From an uncultured Chloroflexia bacterium (GTDB taxonomy: Bacteria > Chloroflexota > Dehalococcoidia > DSTF01 > JALHUB01): a stretch of DNA of 64,000 nucleotides. The stretch is from contig OY969814.1 of NCBI GenBank assembly GCA_963703345.1, forward strand, positions 128,001-192,000, in the 5' to 3' direction. The stretch's first letter is position 1, and every line of letters starts with the position of its first letter. Made by a program: the position numbers and the translations under genes. Under the pieces are notes generated by a model that searched no databases, was not told where the DNA came from, and worked only from the letters and a program-made list of their open reading frames with translations. Positions 19,895 to 31,216 of this stretch are shown here, one piece after another.

Positions 19895-21061
19895 CTACGG
19901 GTACGTTAGGTGGCCGTCCAGAAGCGCCCGCGAAATGATGACGCGGTGGATCTGGCTGGTCCCTTCGACGATCATGAGCTGGCGGGCGTCGCGGTAGTGG
20001 CGCTCCAGCGGGTGATCGCGCATGTAGCCCTGCGCGCCTAGCACCTGCAGCGCATCGGAAGACACCTTGACCGCCGTCTCTGTCGCGAAGGCCTTGGCGA
20101 CCGACAGCATGTGCGAGTCCTGGCGCCGGAACCGGCCGCGGTCGACCAGCCAGGCCGCCTGGTAGGTCAGGAGGCGCGCCCCCTCGACCTGGATCGCCAT
20201 GTCGGCGAACATGAACTGAATCGCCTGAAGCTCAGCGATCGGCCCGCCGAATGCCTCGCGCTGGCGGGCGAAGTTCAGCGCATAAGCCAGGGCGCCTTCG
20301 GCAAGACCGAGGCCGCGGGCAGCGACGATGGGGCGGACGCTGTTCAGCGTCGCCAGGACAGCGGCGAAAGCTTCGTTCTCCTTTCCGCCGAGCAGATTGT
20401 CATCCGGCACAAAGCAGTCCTGGAACGCCAGGAGTGCCGTGGCCACGCCGCGCACACCCATTTTCTCGTCGAGGCGGGCGACGGAGTAGCCGGGCGTCGT
20501 CTTCGGGACGATGAAGCCGGAGATGCCGCGCGCTCGGGCAGCCGGATCGGTTTTGGCGAACATCGTCACGTAGTCAGCGACGGCGCCGCCCGAAATGAAC
20601 GCCTTTTCGCCGTTCACCACGTAGCCGCCGTCTTTGCGGATCGCCCGTGCCTGAATAGCGGCCGCATCGGAGCCAGCGTTGGGCTCTGTCAGACCGAAGG
20701 CGGCACGAAGCTCTCCCTTCGCGACCGGCGGCAGGTACCGCTTCCTCTGCTCCTCCGTCCCACCGAGAACGATCGGCTGCGTCGGCAAAGCGGTGAGCAA
20801 AAGGACGAGGCCGGAGGCGCAGCAGTACTTCGCGACCTCCTCGACGGCGAGGGCGAGGGCGAGGAAGCCGGCACCGCTGCCGCTGTATTCGGAAGGGATC
20901 GTCAGGCCGAGCAGACCGGCGTCGCGGAAGACGTGGAACAGCTCGTCCGGGTAGGTTGCGGTCGCGTCTATCTCGGCCGCTCTCGGCGCCACTTGCTCGC
21001 GGGCGATGCGTCGCGCAACGCCGCGGATCATCTCATGCTCTTCGCTCAGTTCAAAGTCCAA
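19895..21061 (-). CDS. Acyl-CoA dehydrogenase
   Basis: FGLTEPNAGSD, KMGVRG, R.AFG..I...QAIQF, ERHYRDAR...EGTSQI. Confidence 0.95.
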   Translation of the reverse strand: MDFELSEEHEMIRGVARRIAREQVAPRAAEIDATATYPDELFHVFRDAGLLGLTIPSEYSGSGAGFLALALAVEEVAKYCCASGLVLLLTALPTQPIVLGGTEEQRKRYLPPVAKGELRAAFGLTEPNAGSDAAAIQARAIRKDGGYVVNGEKAFISGGAVADYVTMFAKTDPAARARGISGFIVPKTTPGYSVARLDEKMGVRGVATALLAFQDCFVPDDNLLGGKENEAFAAVLATLNSVRPIVAARGLGLAEGALAYALNFARQREAFGGPIAELQAIQFMFADMAIQVEGARLLTYQAAWLVDRGRFRRQDSHMLSVAKAFATETAVKVSSDALQVLGAQGYMRDHPLERHYRDARQLMIVEGTSQIHRVIISRALLDGHLTYP

Positions 21062-21183
21062 GTCCCCTAACTCCTTCCGTCGATGCGCCTAAGGGAGGAA
21101 GCGGCCCGCCGCGCGGGCCCTCTGCGGGTTGACGGCATCGAATACCGAGCCTAGAATAAAATAACAACTGAATACGGTAAACG

Positions 21184-21302
21184 CTCTTATCCAGAGTGGT
21201 GGAGGGATCGGCCCTACGAAGCCCGGCAACCAGTTTGGGAGGACGGAAGTCCCTCAGCATGGTGCCAAGTCCGACCCTGCCGGCAGCAGGGAGAGATGAG
21301 AG
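21184..21302 (+). ncRNA. SAM-I (S-box) riboswitch
   Basis: CTCTTATCCAGAG..GGAGGGA..GGCCC..GAAGCCCGGCAACC...GGTGCCAA.TCC...GATGAGAG conserved core; upstream of mtnP/ahcY/metK. Confidence 0.95.
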
Positions 21303-21309
21303 TAGGTTG

Positions 21310-21336
21310 AACTTCTCACACCACGAGAAGTTTTTT
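21310..21336 (+). terminator. Riboswitch expression-platform terminator
   Basis: AACTTCTC-ACACCAC-GAGAAGTT plus T run; its 5' arm can alternatively pair with the P1 3' strand (TGAGAG). Confidence 0.8.
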
Positions 21337-21382
21337 GTTGCCTTTTTCCACGTGGGCATAAGCGAATACAGGATCGACGAGA

Positions 21383-22342
21383 ATGGTAGCGGGCTGGCCT
21401 GATTTTCTGCGCGATGATCCAACCGATTGGCTTCTCGAAGAAGACAATCCATCCGTACGTTACCTGACTCTGCGCTCGCTACTGGATCTCGACGAGGCGC
21501 ACAGCCAGGTCGTGCCCGCCAGACAGGCCATCATGAACGAGGGCCCCGTCCCGGCGATCCTGGCCGCGCAGCATCCGGATGGCTACTGGTTCAAACCGGG
21601 CCACGGCTATTCGCCGAAGTATCGAAGCACTGTCTGGCAGGTCATATTCCTCGCGGAACTGGCCGCCGACGGCTCGGATGAGCAGGTCGCCAAGGCGTGC
21701 GAGTACGTCCTTACGCACAGCAGGACGAAAAGCGGCGCGTTCACGGCAACGAAGGACCGTAGCGGCGCCGTCGACTGCCTCAATGGCAACATGATCCACG
21801 CCTTCTATCGTCTCGGTTGGGGAGCGGATGAACGCGTCGGGGAGGCGGTGCAGGAACTGGCCGGCGCTGTTGCCAGCAGGCACTTCGAGTGTGGGCCGAA
21901 CGGCAGGCTGCCCTGCGCCTGGGGCGCGGTCAAAGCGTTGCTGGCGTTTTCCGCGATGCCGCTGGTGGAGCGCGTCGGGCCGGTGAAAGCAGCTATCGAC
22001 GAGGGCGTTGCGTTCCTCTTGAGTCGCAACCTTGCCGTCGGCGACTATCCCTGCAGCAAGACTGTGAGCTCCAACTGGCAGAAGTTCGGATTCCCGCTCA
22101 GCTACACCAGCAACATCCTTGAGGCGCTCAACGCGCTGGCCCGGCTCGGCCACGGGTCCGAGCCGGGGCTGCGAGACGCCATAAGACACGTCCTCTGGAA
22201 GCAAGACGAGCACGGACGCTGGCGGATGGAGACCAGCCTGAACGGCAAGATGTGGGTGGACATCGAGGCGAAAGGAAAGCCGAGCAAGTGGGTGACGTTT
22301 CAGGCCCTTCAGATGCTGAAGCGGGTCTTCGGAGGGAACTAG
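21383..22342 (+). CDS. Prenyltransferase/squalene-cyclase-repeat (alpha/alpha barrel) protein of unknown function
   Basis: QHPDGYW and QDEHGRW QW-like repeats; YSPKYRSTVWQ; GKPSKWVT. Confidence 0.75.
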   Translation: MVAGWPDFLRDDPTDWLLEEDNPSVRYLTLRSLLDLDEAHSQVVPARQAIMNEGPVPAILAAQHPDGYWFKPGHGYSPKYRSTVWQVIFLAELAADGSDEQVAKACEYVLTHSRTKSGAFTATKDRSGAVDCLNGNMIHAFYRLGWGADERVGEAVQELAGAVASRHFECGPNGRLPCAWGAVKALLAFSAMPLVERVGPVKAAIDEGVAFLLSRNLAVGDYPCSKTVSSNWQKFGFPLSYTSNILEALNALARLGHGSEPGLRDAIRHVLWKQDEHGRWRMETSLNGKMWVDIEAKGKPSKWVTFQALQMLKRVFGGN

Positions 22343-22343
22343 C

Positions 22344-23231
22344 TTGAGCGAAGCGAAAGTCGCGGCGATCGGCGGCAGCGGCTTCTATGAAATGGCCGGC
22401 CTGGAGCACAGCCGGGAAGTCCACGTCCAAACGCCGTTCGGGGAGCCTAGCGATGCCATCCTGCTCGGCACGCTCGGCAAGGTGCGCATCGCCTTCCTGC
22501 CGCGGCACGGCAAAGACCATCGTCTCCTGCCCGGCGAGGTGCCGGCGCGCGCCAACGTCTACGCGCTGAAGACACTGGGAGTGGAGCGCATCATCTCCGT
22601 CAACGCCGTCGGGAGCCTGCGCGAGGAGATTGCGCCACGACACATGGTCGTGCCGGACCAACTGATCGACCGGACCGTGGCGCGCTCCAGCACCTTCTTC
22701 GGCGACGGCCTCGTCGCGCACATCTCCTTCGCCGATCCCTTTTGCCCCGAACTGAGGCGCTCTCTGGCCGAGGGCGTTCGCCGAAGTGGGGCCTCGGTGC
22801 ACGAAGGCGGCACAGCGGTCGTGATCGAGGGCCCGTCCTTCTCCACGAGGGCCGAGTCACTGCTCCATCGCTCCTGGGGAGCCGATCTGGTCAGCATGAC
22901 GATGCTCCCGGAAGCCAAGCTGGCGCGCGAGGCGGGCATCTGCTACGCCGCCCTGGCCTGCGTCACCGATTACGACGTTTGGCGCGAGACGTATGCCGAC
23001 GTGACGGCGCAGATGATTCTCGATAATCTTCGGGCGACGGTTGAAAGCGCACGCCGCGCCGTCGCGTTCGCCATTGAGAAGCTTGCGTTTGCGCGAACCT
23101 GCGACTGCGCGTCGGCGCTCGACTATGCGTTGATCACGCAGCCGGAACTGGTGTCCCCGGCGACGCTGCGAAGGCTCGCGCCCATAATGGGCGACCGTTT
23201 TGGCGTAAAGAAGGACGGCGATGGCGGCTAG
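22344..23231 (+). CDS. mtnP: S-methyl-5'-thioadenosine phosphorylase
   Basis: IGGSG, FLPRHG, EGPSFSTRAES, PEAKLARE, VTDYD. Confidence 0.93.
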   Translation: MSEAKVAAIGGSGFYEMAGLEHSREVHVQTPFGEPSDAILLGTLGKVRIAFLPRHGKDHRLLPGEVPARANVYALKTLGVERIISVNAVGSLREEIAPRHMVVPDQLIDRTVARSSTFFGDGLVAHISFADPFCPELRRSLAEGVRRSGASVHEGGTAVVIEGPSFSTRAESLLHRSWGADLVSMTMLPEAKLAREAGICYAALACVTDYDVWRETYADVTAQMILDNLRATVESARRAVAFAIEKLAFARTCDCASALDYALITQPELVSPATLRRLAPIMGDRFGVKKDGDGG

Positions 23232-24150
23232 CAAGACGATCAAGAGCGAACGTCTGCGCGAAGCTTTTCTCATCCGGCAGTTGCGGGAACGGGAGGAGAT
23301 ACGAGCGCTGCTTCAACCGCACCGACGCTACGCCGCCTACGGCCTGGCGCAATTGGAGTCGCCGCTGTTCGAGCAATCGCAGTGGTGGCTGGCGGAGGAC
23401 GGTGCCGAAGGAGCTCTCCTCATGCATTCGCGGGGTGGGCTCGGGCACGCACTCTTGGCCCTCGGGGACGAAATCGGCCTCTACGCCCTCCTCAGTCTCC
23501 ATCCAGGCCCCGTCTACTCCTTCGCGACGGCAGAGCTGAGCCACGCGGGAGTGATGCGCCACTTCTTCTCGCTATCGCAAAAGCAGCCGCTGCAACGGAT
23601 GGTCGTTGACAGGCGCGGCTTCGAAGCCCCGTCGTTGCGGGGCGAGAGGCCGGAGGCGGAGTTGCGGCGTCTCACGGGTCGCGATACGGCTGCGGTGAAC
23701 CTCCTGAACCGCGGCGAGAGCGAAGGCATCAGCTATCGCAGCTCGCAGATCAAGGACGGAATCTATTTCGGCGTATTCCTCGACGGCGTGCTGGTGGCGA
23801 TGGCCGGCACCCACGGCGTCGCCCAATCGGAAAGAATCGCCGTGCTGGGCAACGTCTTCACGCACCCCGTCCATCGGAACGGCCACTACGCCCTTCTGGC
23901 AACAGGCGCTGTCACCCGCGAATTGCTCGAGAGCTGCGACGAGGTGGTTCTGAGCGTGAACCCCCGCAACGAAGCGGCGGTGAGCGTATATAGACGACTT
24001 GGCTATCGCACCGACAGCGACCTCATCGAGACCGCTGTCACGCGCATGGAGACGCTTGGGTTGCCAAGCCTGGCGCGACGGCTGCTTGCCCGCTGGCGCG
24101 GCCGGGAAAGCGGCGCAGAGCTCGTCTACTCGCCCGCCAGACGCGGATAG
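23221..24150 (+). CDS. GNAT family N-acetyltransferase
   Basis: LGNVFTHPVHRNGHYA and N..AVSVYRRLGY acetyl-CoA motifs. Confidence 0.85.
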   Translation: MAASKTIKSERLREAFLIRQLREREEIRALLQPHRRYAAYGLAQLESPLFEQSQWWLAEDGAEGALLMHSRGGLGHALLALGDEIGLYALLSLHPGPVYSFATAELSHAGVMRHFFSLSQKQPLQRMVVDRRGFEAPSLRGERPEAELRRLTGRDTAAVNLLNRGESEGISYRSSQIKDGIYFGVFLDGVLVAMAGTHGVAQSERIAVLGNVFTHPVHRNGHYALLATGAVTRELLESCDEVVLSVNPRNEAAVSVYRRLGYRTDSDLIETAVTRMETLGLPSLARRLLARWRGRESGAELVYSPARRG

Positions 24151-24169
24151 TTCAAACGAAGGAGTCTAA

Positions 24170-25450
<1,281 letters not shown>

Positions 25451-25484
25451 GTTATCATGACCCGCTCAAGATGAGGAGGGAGAG

Positions 25485-26753
25485 ATGTCTACAACCTTCG
25501 TGAAGTCGCCGTCGCTCATGCTGACGTCGGAGTCGGTGACGGAGGGCCACCCCGACAAGCTGTGCGACCAGATATCGGACGCGGTCCTCGACGCCATCCT
25601 GGCCCAGGACCCCCATGCCCGCGTAGCCTGTGAGGCGGCGGCGACAACCGGCTTCGTGATAGTTATGGGCGAAATCACGACGAGCTGCTACGTCGATATT
25701 CCCTGCATCGTGAGGGAAACCGTAAAGCAGATGGGCTACACGCACGCCAAGTACGGGTTCGACTACGAGACTTGCGGCGTTTTGGTGTCGATCAAGGAGC
25801 AGTCGAAGGATATAGCCTGTGGCGTTGACCGGTCGCTGGAGTTGCGGGAAGGCATGAGCAGCGACGTCGATCTGGAGCGCGGCGCCGGCGACCAGGGGAT
25901 GATGGTCGGCTTCGCCTGCGTCGAGACTCCGGAGCTCATGCCACTGCCGATATCGCTGGCACACCGGCTGTGCAAGCGGCTGGCCGAAGTGCGGAAGGAC
26001 GGCACGCTTCACTACCTACGACCGGACGGGAAGTCGCAGGTGACGGTGGAATACGCATACGGTATCCCAAAGCGCATCGAGGCGGTGGTCATAGCGGCCC
26101 AGCATGACGCCGTGGTCAAGCAGGAGCGGCTGCACCGGGACGTCATGGAGCAGGTCATCCGCCACGTCCTGCCGGCCGAGCTCCTGGACGCCAACACCAA
26201 GTACTTCATCAACGCAACCGGCCGCTTCGAGATCGGTGGGCCGATGGGAGACGCGGGACTGACCGGTCGGAAGATCATAGTCGACACGTACGGCGGCATC
26301 GCGCGGCACGGCGGCGGCTGCTTCTCGGGCAAAGACCCGACGAAGGTGGACCGTTCCGGGGCGTATGCGGCGCGCTACGTCGCGAAAAACCTCGTCGCGG
26401 CCGGGCTGGCGGACCGGCTGGAACTGCACGTCTCCTACGCCATCGGCGTCTCGCATCCGACGTCGCTGTCGGTGGAGACGTTTGGGACGAACCGCATCTC
26501 TGACGAGCAGATCCTGGAGCTTGTGCGCAAGCACTTCGACTTGCGGCCGGAAGCCGTCATCCGCGGCCTAGGGCTAAGACGCCCCATCTACCTTCCGACA
26601 GCCTGCTACGGCCACTTCGGGCGAGAGGATGTAGACGCCCCCTGGGAGAAGACCGACACGGCGGAGCAGTTGCGTCGCGAGGCCGGCCTCACGGCGACGG
26701 AAGTGGAGGCGGAGCGCGCGGCCCAACGCGTCGACGCGCGTTCGCAGTCCTGA
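25485..26753 (+). CDS. metK: S-adenosylmethionine synthetase
   Basis: [33 protein letters not shown]. Confidence 0.98.
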   Translation: MSTTFVKSPSLMLTSESVTEGHPDKLCDQISDAVLDAILAQDPHARVACEAAATTGFVIVMGEITTSCYVDIPCIVRETVKQMGYTHAKYGFDYETCGVLVSIKEQSKDIACGVDRSLELREGMSSDVDLERGAGDQGMMVGFACVETPELMPLPISLAHRLCKRLAEVRKDGTLHYLRPDGKSQVTVEYAYGIPKRIEAVVIAAQHDAVVKQERLHRDVMEQVIRHVLPAELLDANTKYFINATGRFEIGGPMGDAGLTGRKIIVDTYGGIARHGGGCFSGKDPTKVDRSGAYAARYVAKNLVAAGLADRLELHVSYAIGVSHPTSLSVETFGTNRISDEQILELVRKHFDLRPEAVIRGLGLRRPIYLPTACYGHFGREDVDAPWEKTDTAEQLRREAGLTATEVEAERAAQRVDARSQS

Positions 26754-26943
26754 GCATATCTGCCGTCCCTCTCCCGCCAGAACCTGCCCCTCCAGGTTCG
26801 CCGCGACCCGATGCCGGGGAGCCTAGCGCTTTTCCCGACCGAGGGGTTACATTCATAGGGTACTAACCGGAAAAGTTCGCCTCTTCTGACGGAGAGAGCG
26901 GCGGAAAGGGGGACCGCGAGGTCGCCGCCCCCTGGAGATGGGC

Positions 26944-28344
26944 ATGAGTGCAAATAGGGCGAAAACACTGGGAGAGTTGCGCGACTCCGGCTATCGCGTG
27001 AAGCCGGTGCGAGAAGAGATTCGCGACAACCTCATCCGCAAGATACGCAGCCGGCAGCCGCTGTTTCCCGGCGTAATCGGCTTCGAGGAGAGCGTCCTGC
27101 CGCAACTGGAGAACGCCATCCTGTCCGGACAGGACGTCATTCTCCTCGGCGAGAGAGGCCAGGCCAAATCCCGCCTCATCCGCCAGTTGGCGACGTTGCT
27201 TGACGAGGCCGTGCCCGCCGTCGCCGGCTGCGAGATCAACGATGATCCGTTCGCTCCCATTTGTCGCGCCTGCCGCGATCGGGCAAGCGAGGGAGGCGAC
27301 GACCTGCCGATAGCCTGGCTGTCGCCCGAGGAACGCTACGGAGAGAAGCTGGCGACGCCGGATATCACCATCGCCGATCTCATCGGCGAGATCGATCCGA
27401 TCAAGGTCGCTGAGGGCCGCTATCTTTCGGACGAACTGACCATTCACTACGGTCTCATACCACGTAGCAACCGCGGTATCTTCTCAATCAACGAGTTGCC
27501 GGACCTGGCCGAGCGCATCCAGGTGGGCCTTCTCAACATCATGGAGGAGCGCGATATTCAGATCCGCGGCTATCGCGTCCGCCTCCCGCTAGACGTCTTC
27601 ATCGTCGCCAGCGCCAATCCGGAGGACTACACGAACCGCGGGCGCATCATTACGCCGCTCAAGGACCGCTTCGGCGCGCAGATACGCACCCACTATCCGC
27701 GGACTGTGGACGATGAGATAAGCGTCATGGAGCAGGAGGCGCGTCCTCTTCCCAAAGAAGCGAAGGACGTGTTCGTGCCTCAGTACATGAAAGAGATCGT
27801 GGCCGAGATCACCCGCCTGGCGCGTCGCAGCCCCGACGTTAACCAACGCTCCGGCGTGTCGGTGCGCGCGTCGATCACCGACTACGAGACTCTTCTCTCC
27901 AACGCCCTGCGGCGGGCAATTCGCCTCAATGAGGAAGAGGTCGTGCCACGCATAAGCGATCTGTACTACCTGACGCCGGCCCTCAGCGGCAAGATCGAGT
28001 TCGAGACGCTGGATGAGGGCCGCGAAGAGCAGATCCTCGAAAGGCTCATCGCCGCCGGCGTGCTTTCCGTCTTCAACCGCTACTTCAATCTGGATGATCT
28101 CGACGAAACCGTGGCGGGCTTCAAAGCCGGCCTCGTTGTGGAAGCGTCAGACCTGGCGCCGGCGGAGAGCTACGTCGCGCTGCTGCAGATGGTGCCCGGC
28201 CTGGAGCGTGGTGTCGCGCACCTGAAAGTCGGCGAAAGGCCGGCGGCCGTCGCCTCCGCCGTCGAATTCGTCCTCGAAGGGCTTCACCTCAACAAGCGCC
28301 TCAACAAAGACAGAGTGTCCCGCCGCGTGCACTACCGAGGCTAA
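26944..28344 (+). CDS. AAA+ ATPase, Mg-chelatase subunit I-like
   Basis: GERGQAKSR variant Walker A, INELPDL, SANPEDYTNRGRIITPLKDR. Confidence 0.88.
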   Translation: MSANRAKTLGELRDSGYRVKPVREEIRDNLIRKIRSRQPLFPGVIGFEESVLPQLENAILSGQDVILLGERGQAKSRLIRQLATLLDEAVPAVAGCEINDDPFAPICRACRDRASEGGDDLPIAWLSPEERYGEKLATPDITIADLIGEIDPIKVAEGRYLSDELTIHYGLIPRSNRGIFSINELPDLAERIQVGLLNIMEERDIQIRGYRVRLPLDVFIVASANPEDYTNRGRIITPLKDRFGAQIRTHYPRTVDDEISVMEQEARPLPKEAKDVFVPQYMKEIVAEITRLARRSPDVNQRSGVSVRASITDYETLLSNALRRAIRLNEEEVVPRISDLYYLTPALSGKIEFETLDEGREEQILERLIAAGVLSVFNRYFNLDDLDETVAGFKAGLVVEASDLAPAESYVALLQMVPGLERGVAHLKVGERPAAVASAVEFVLEGLHLNKRLNKDRVSRRVHYRG

Positions 28345-28347
28345 GAC

Positions 28348-30414
28348 ATGCAGCGATACCGCTACTCCAAATGGAGCGGAAGCCAGGATTCTCCGTCCCT
28401 CGACGCCGATGACCTGCTTCGCGGCCTGACGGACGATCTGCTTAGCTTCGGCGATCTCCCACACGCCCTTCGCGGGCTGCTCCAACGCGGCCTCCAGAAC
28501 CAGCAGGGGCAGCGCTTCGCCGGCCTCCGCGAGTTGCTGAGGCGGCTCCGCCAGCATCGGCGGCAGCTACTCGAACGCTACGACCTGACATCGGTGATGG
28601 AGGACATTCGCCAGCGCGTCGACGAGGTCTTGCGCATGGAAAAGAGCACGCTGCGACGCCGTCTGGACGAGGCGCAGATCGGCTTCGAGACGCAGACCGC
28701 GCCTGACGAAGCCGCCGCTGAAGCAGTCGAAGGGCACGAGGAGGAACCGGAGCAGCAGTTCGCGGCCATGCTCAAGAGCATCATCGAACGCAAGCAAGAA
28801 TACCTGAAGCGCCTGCCGACTGACGTCGGCGGCCAGGTGAAGGGCCTTCAAGACTATGAGTTTATCGATCCGGAGGCGCAGAACAAGTTCCAGGAACTGC
28901 TGGAGATGCTCCGGAAAGCGATGCTCAACTCCTTCTTCAAGGAGTTGCACCGTCGCATCTCCGACATGTCGCCGGAGCAGATGGCGCGCCTGAAGGAGAT
29001 GGTGAAAGACTTGAACCGGATGCTCTCGGAGAAGGTGGCCGGCGAAGAGCCCAACTTCGACGAGTTCATGAGCAAGCACGGCGATCTTTTCGGCCCGCAG
29101 CCGCCGCGGAACCTTGAAGAGCTGATCGCCCAGATGCAGCAGCAGATCGGCCAGATGACGGCCGTGCTCGACAGCCTGCCGCCGGATCTGCGTTCGCAGC
29201 TCCACGACCTGCTGAGCGAGAAGAACGCCGACCCGGAGCTGGCCGACGAGCTGAACGAGCTCGCCGCCGGCTTAGAGCTGCTCTACCCGATGAACCTCCT
29301 GCGCAGCCGCTACTCGTTCCGCGGCGACGAAGGGCTGGACATTACTGAAGCAATGCGCCTCATGGACCACATGCAAGACCTCGACGGTCTGGAGAATCAG
29401 TTGGAGCGCGTAGAGCAAGGGGGTGACATCACCGAAATAGACCCCGAGAGGGTCGAGCGGCTGCTCGGGGCGGACGCGAAGGAATCGTTCGAGCAGCTAC
29501 GGCGCTTCCTGGAGGTGCTGGAACAGGAGGGATACATCCGTCGCAAGGGACGGGGCTGGGAGTTGACGCCCCGTGCGATCCGCAAGATCGGCGAGAAAGC
29601 GCTCGAGGAGGTCTACGCGCGCATTCGGGCGGGCCGCGCCGGCCGGCACTTGACGCGCGATGTCGGCCTCATCGGAGACCGCGCCGACGAAACGAAGCGG
29701 TACGAGTTCGGCGACCCGATGCATCTTCACCTTCAGCAGACGATCATGAACTCGCTGCAAAGGGAGCCGTCGTTCGGGCCGCCGGTCCGGTTGGAGGAAG
29801 ACGACTTCGAAGTCTACCGGAGCGAGCTGCTGTCGCAAACGGCGACGGTGGTGCTGGTCGACCTCTCTTGGTCGATGGCGCTGCGCGGGAGCTTCCAGGC
29901 AGCAAAGAAGGTGGCGCTGGCGCTGAACAGCTTGATAAGCAGCAAGTTCGCCCGCGACTCGCTCTATATCGTCGGTTTCTCCGCTTATGCCCGCGAAGTC
30001 AAGCCGCAGGAGTTGCCGTACCTGAACTGGGACGAGTCAGTCTTGGGCACGAACATGCACCACGCGCTAATCATCGCGCAGAGATTGCTGGCGAAACACA
30101 AAGTCGGCACGCGCCAGATAATCATGATCTCCGACGGCGAGCCGACGGCCCACCTGGAGCGCGGACGCTCGCTTTTCGCCTATCCGCCGAGCGCCGCCAC
30201 AATCCGCGAGACGCTACGTGAGGTGAAACGTTGCACCGATAGCGGCACAGTCATTAACACCTTCATGCTAGACCGCAACTACCAGTTGAATGACTTCGTC
30301 GACAAGATGGCGAAGATCAACAAGGGGCGCATCTTCTACACGACGCCGGAGCGTCTGGGCGAGTACGTGCTGGTGGACTACGTGTCGCGCAAGCGGAAGC
30401 GCGTGCGCTCCTGA
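28348..30414 (+). CDS. von Willebrand factor A domain protein (AAA+ partner)
   Basis: DLSWSM MIDAS motif, TN, ISDGEPT. Confidence 0.88.
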   Translation: MQRYRYSKWSGSQDSPSLDADDLLRGLTDDLLSFGDLPHALRGLLQRGLQNQQGQRFAGLRELLRRLRQHRRQLLERYDLTSVMEDIRQRVDEVLRMEKSTLRRRLDEAQIGFETQTAPDEAAAEAVEGHEEEPEQQFAAMLKSIIERKQEYLKRLPTDVGGQVKGLQDYEFIDPEAQNKFQELLEMLRKAMLNSFFKELHRRISDMSPEQMARLKEMVKDLNRMLSEKVAGEEPNFDEFMSKHGDLFGPQPPRNLEELIAQMQQQIGQMTAVLDSLPPDLRSQLHDLLSEKNADPELADELNELAAGLELLYPMNLLRSRYSFRGDEGLDITEAMRLMDHMQDLDGLENQLERVEQGGDITEIDPERVERLLGADAKESFEQLRRFLEVLEQEGYIRRKGRGWELTPRAIRKIGEKALEEVYARIRAGRAGRHLTRDVGLIGDRADETKRYEFGDPMHLHLQQTIMNSLQREPSFGPPVRLEEDDFEVYRSELLSQTATVVLVDLSWSMALRGSFQAAKKVALALNSLISSKFARDSLYIVGFSAYAREVKPQELPYLNWDESVLGTNMHHALIIAQRLLAKHKVGTRQIIMISDGEPTAHLERGRSLFAYPPSAATIRETLREVKRCTDSGTVINTFMLDRNYQLNDFVDKMAKINKGRIFYTTPERLGEYVLVDYVSRKRKRVRS

Positions 30415-30432
30415 CGCTTCCACACCCGGCTG

Positions 30433-30750
30433 TCAGCGCTCCGATGATTCGTCTAGCCAGGGCAACGCCGCGCCGGGCACCAAACCGAAGCGCGCCCACA
30501 TCTTCAACGTCTCTCGCAACTCTTGCAGACGTTCCGGGTCGGCCTTCAGATCCTTCAAGAGGCACTTCTCGATGTGCGTCTCCATGAGCATCAGCCCAAC
30601 CTGGTCGAGTCCGGCCCGCACGGCCATCAACTGCGTCAGCATCTGCTCACAGGCGCGGTCCTCCTCCACCATGCGCTGAATGCCCCTGATCTGCCCTTCC
30701 AGGCGCCTAAGCCGGACGACCGCGTCTGAAGGTTGAAGTTTCGTGTTCAT
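30433..30750 (-). CDS. CsoR/RcnR family transcriptional repressor
   Basis: RLRRLEGQIRGIQRMVEEDRAC...HIEKC (C-H-C ligand set). Confidence 0.9.
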   Translation of the reverse strand: MNTKLQPSDAVVRLRRLEGQIRGIQRMVEEDRACEQMLTQLMAVRAGLDQVGLMLMETHIEKCLLKDLKADPERLQELRETLKMWARFGLVPGAALPWLDESSER

Positions 30751-30796
30751 GTCGCGCCTCACAGGCATTATACTGAACTCGTAGGCACTTGCTCTC

Positions 30797-30826
30797 TTGA
30801 CATACCCTAGGGGGGTATGTCACAAT
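30797..30826. promoter_or_regulatory. CsoR-type operator overlapping the trxA promoter
   Basis: TGACATACCC-TAGGG-GGGTATGTCA inverted repeat (30798-30822) spanning TTGACA...CACAAT. Confidence 0.8.
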
Positions 30827-30880
30827 TATCGCGAAGAGAAGCCGAGATGTCAAGCCGCTTCGAGATCGAGGAGGAATGAG

Positions 30881-31207
30881 ATGGCAAGCGTAAGAGACGT
30901 TACGGACGCGACGTTCAACAAAGAAGTGCTCAAGTCCAGCCTGCCGGTGCTGGTTGATTTCTGGGCGCCGTGGTGCGGCCCCTGTCGAATGGTCTCGCCG
31001 CTGGTTGAAGAGCTGGCAGGTGATTTCGCCGGAAAGGTGGACTTCGTAAAGTTGAACACGGACGAAAGCCCAGCGACGGCCACGAACTACGGCATCCGCA
31101 GCATCCCGACGCTGATCATCTTCAAGGCGGGTCAGCCGGTCAGCCAGGTGATAGGCTTCCGCCCCAAGGCCGAGCTCAAGAAGCATATCGAGAGCGCTAT
31201 CAGCTAA
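30881..31207 (+). CDS. trxA: Thioredoxin
   Basis: DFWAPWCGPC, IRSIPTL. Confidence 0.97.
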   Translation: MASVRDVTDATFNKEVLKSSLPVLVDFWAPWCGPCRMVSPLVEELAGDFAGKVDFVKLNTDESPATATNYGIRSIPTLIIFKAGQPVSQVIGFRPKAELKKHIESAIS

Positions 31208-31216
31208 GGGACTCTC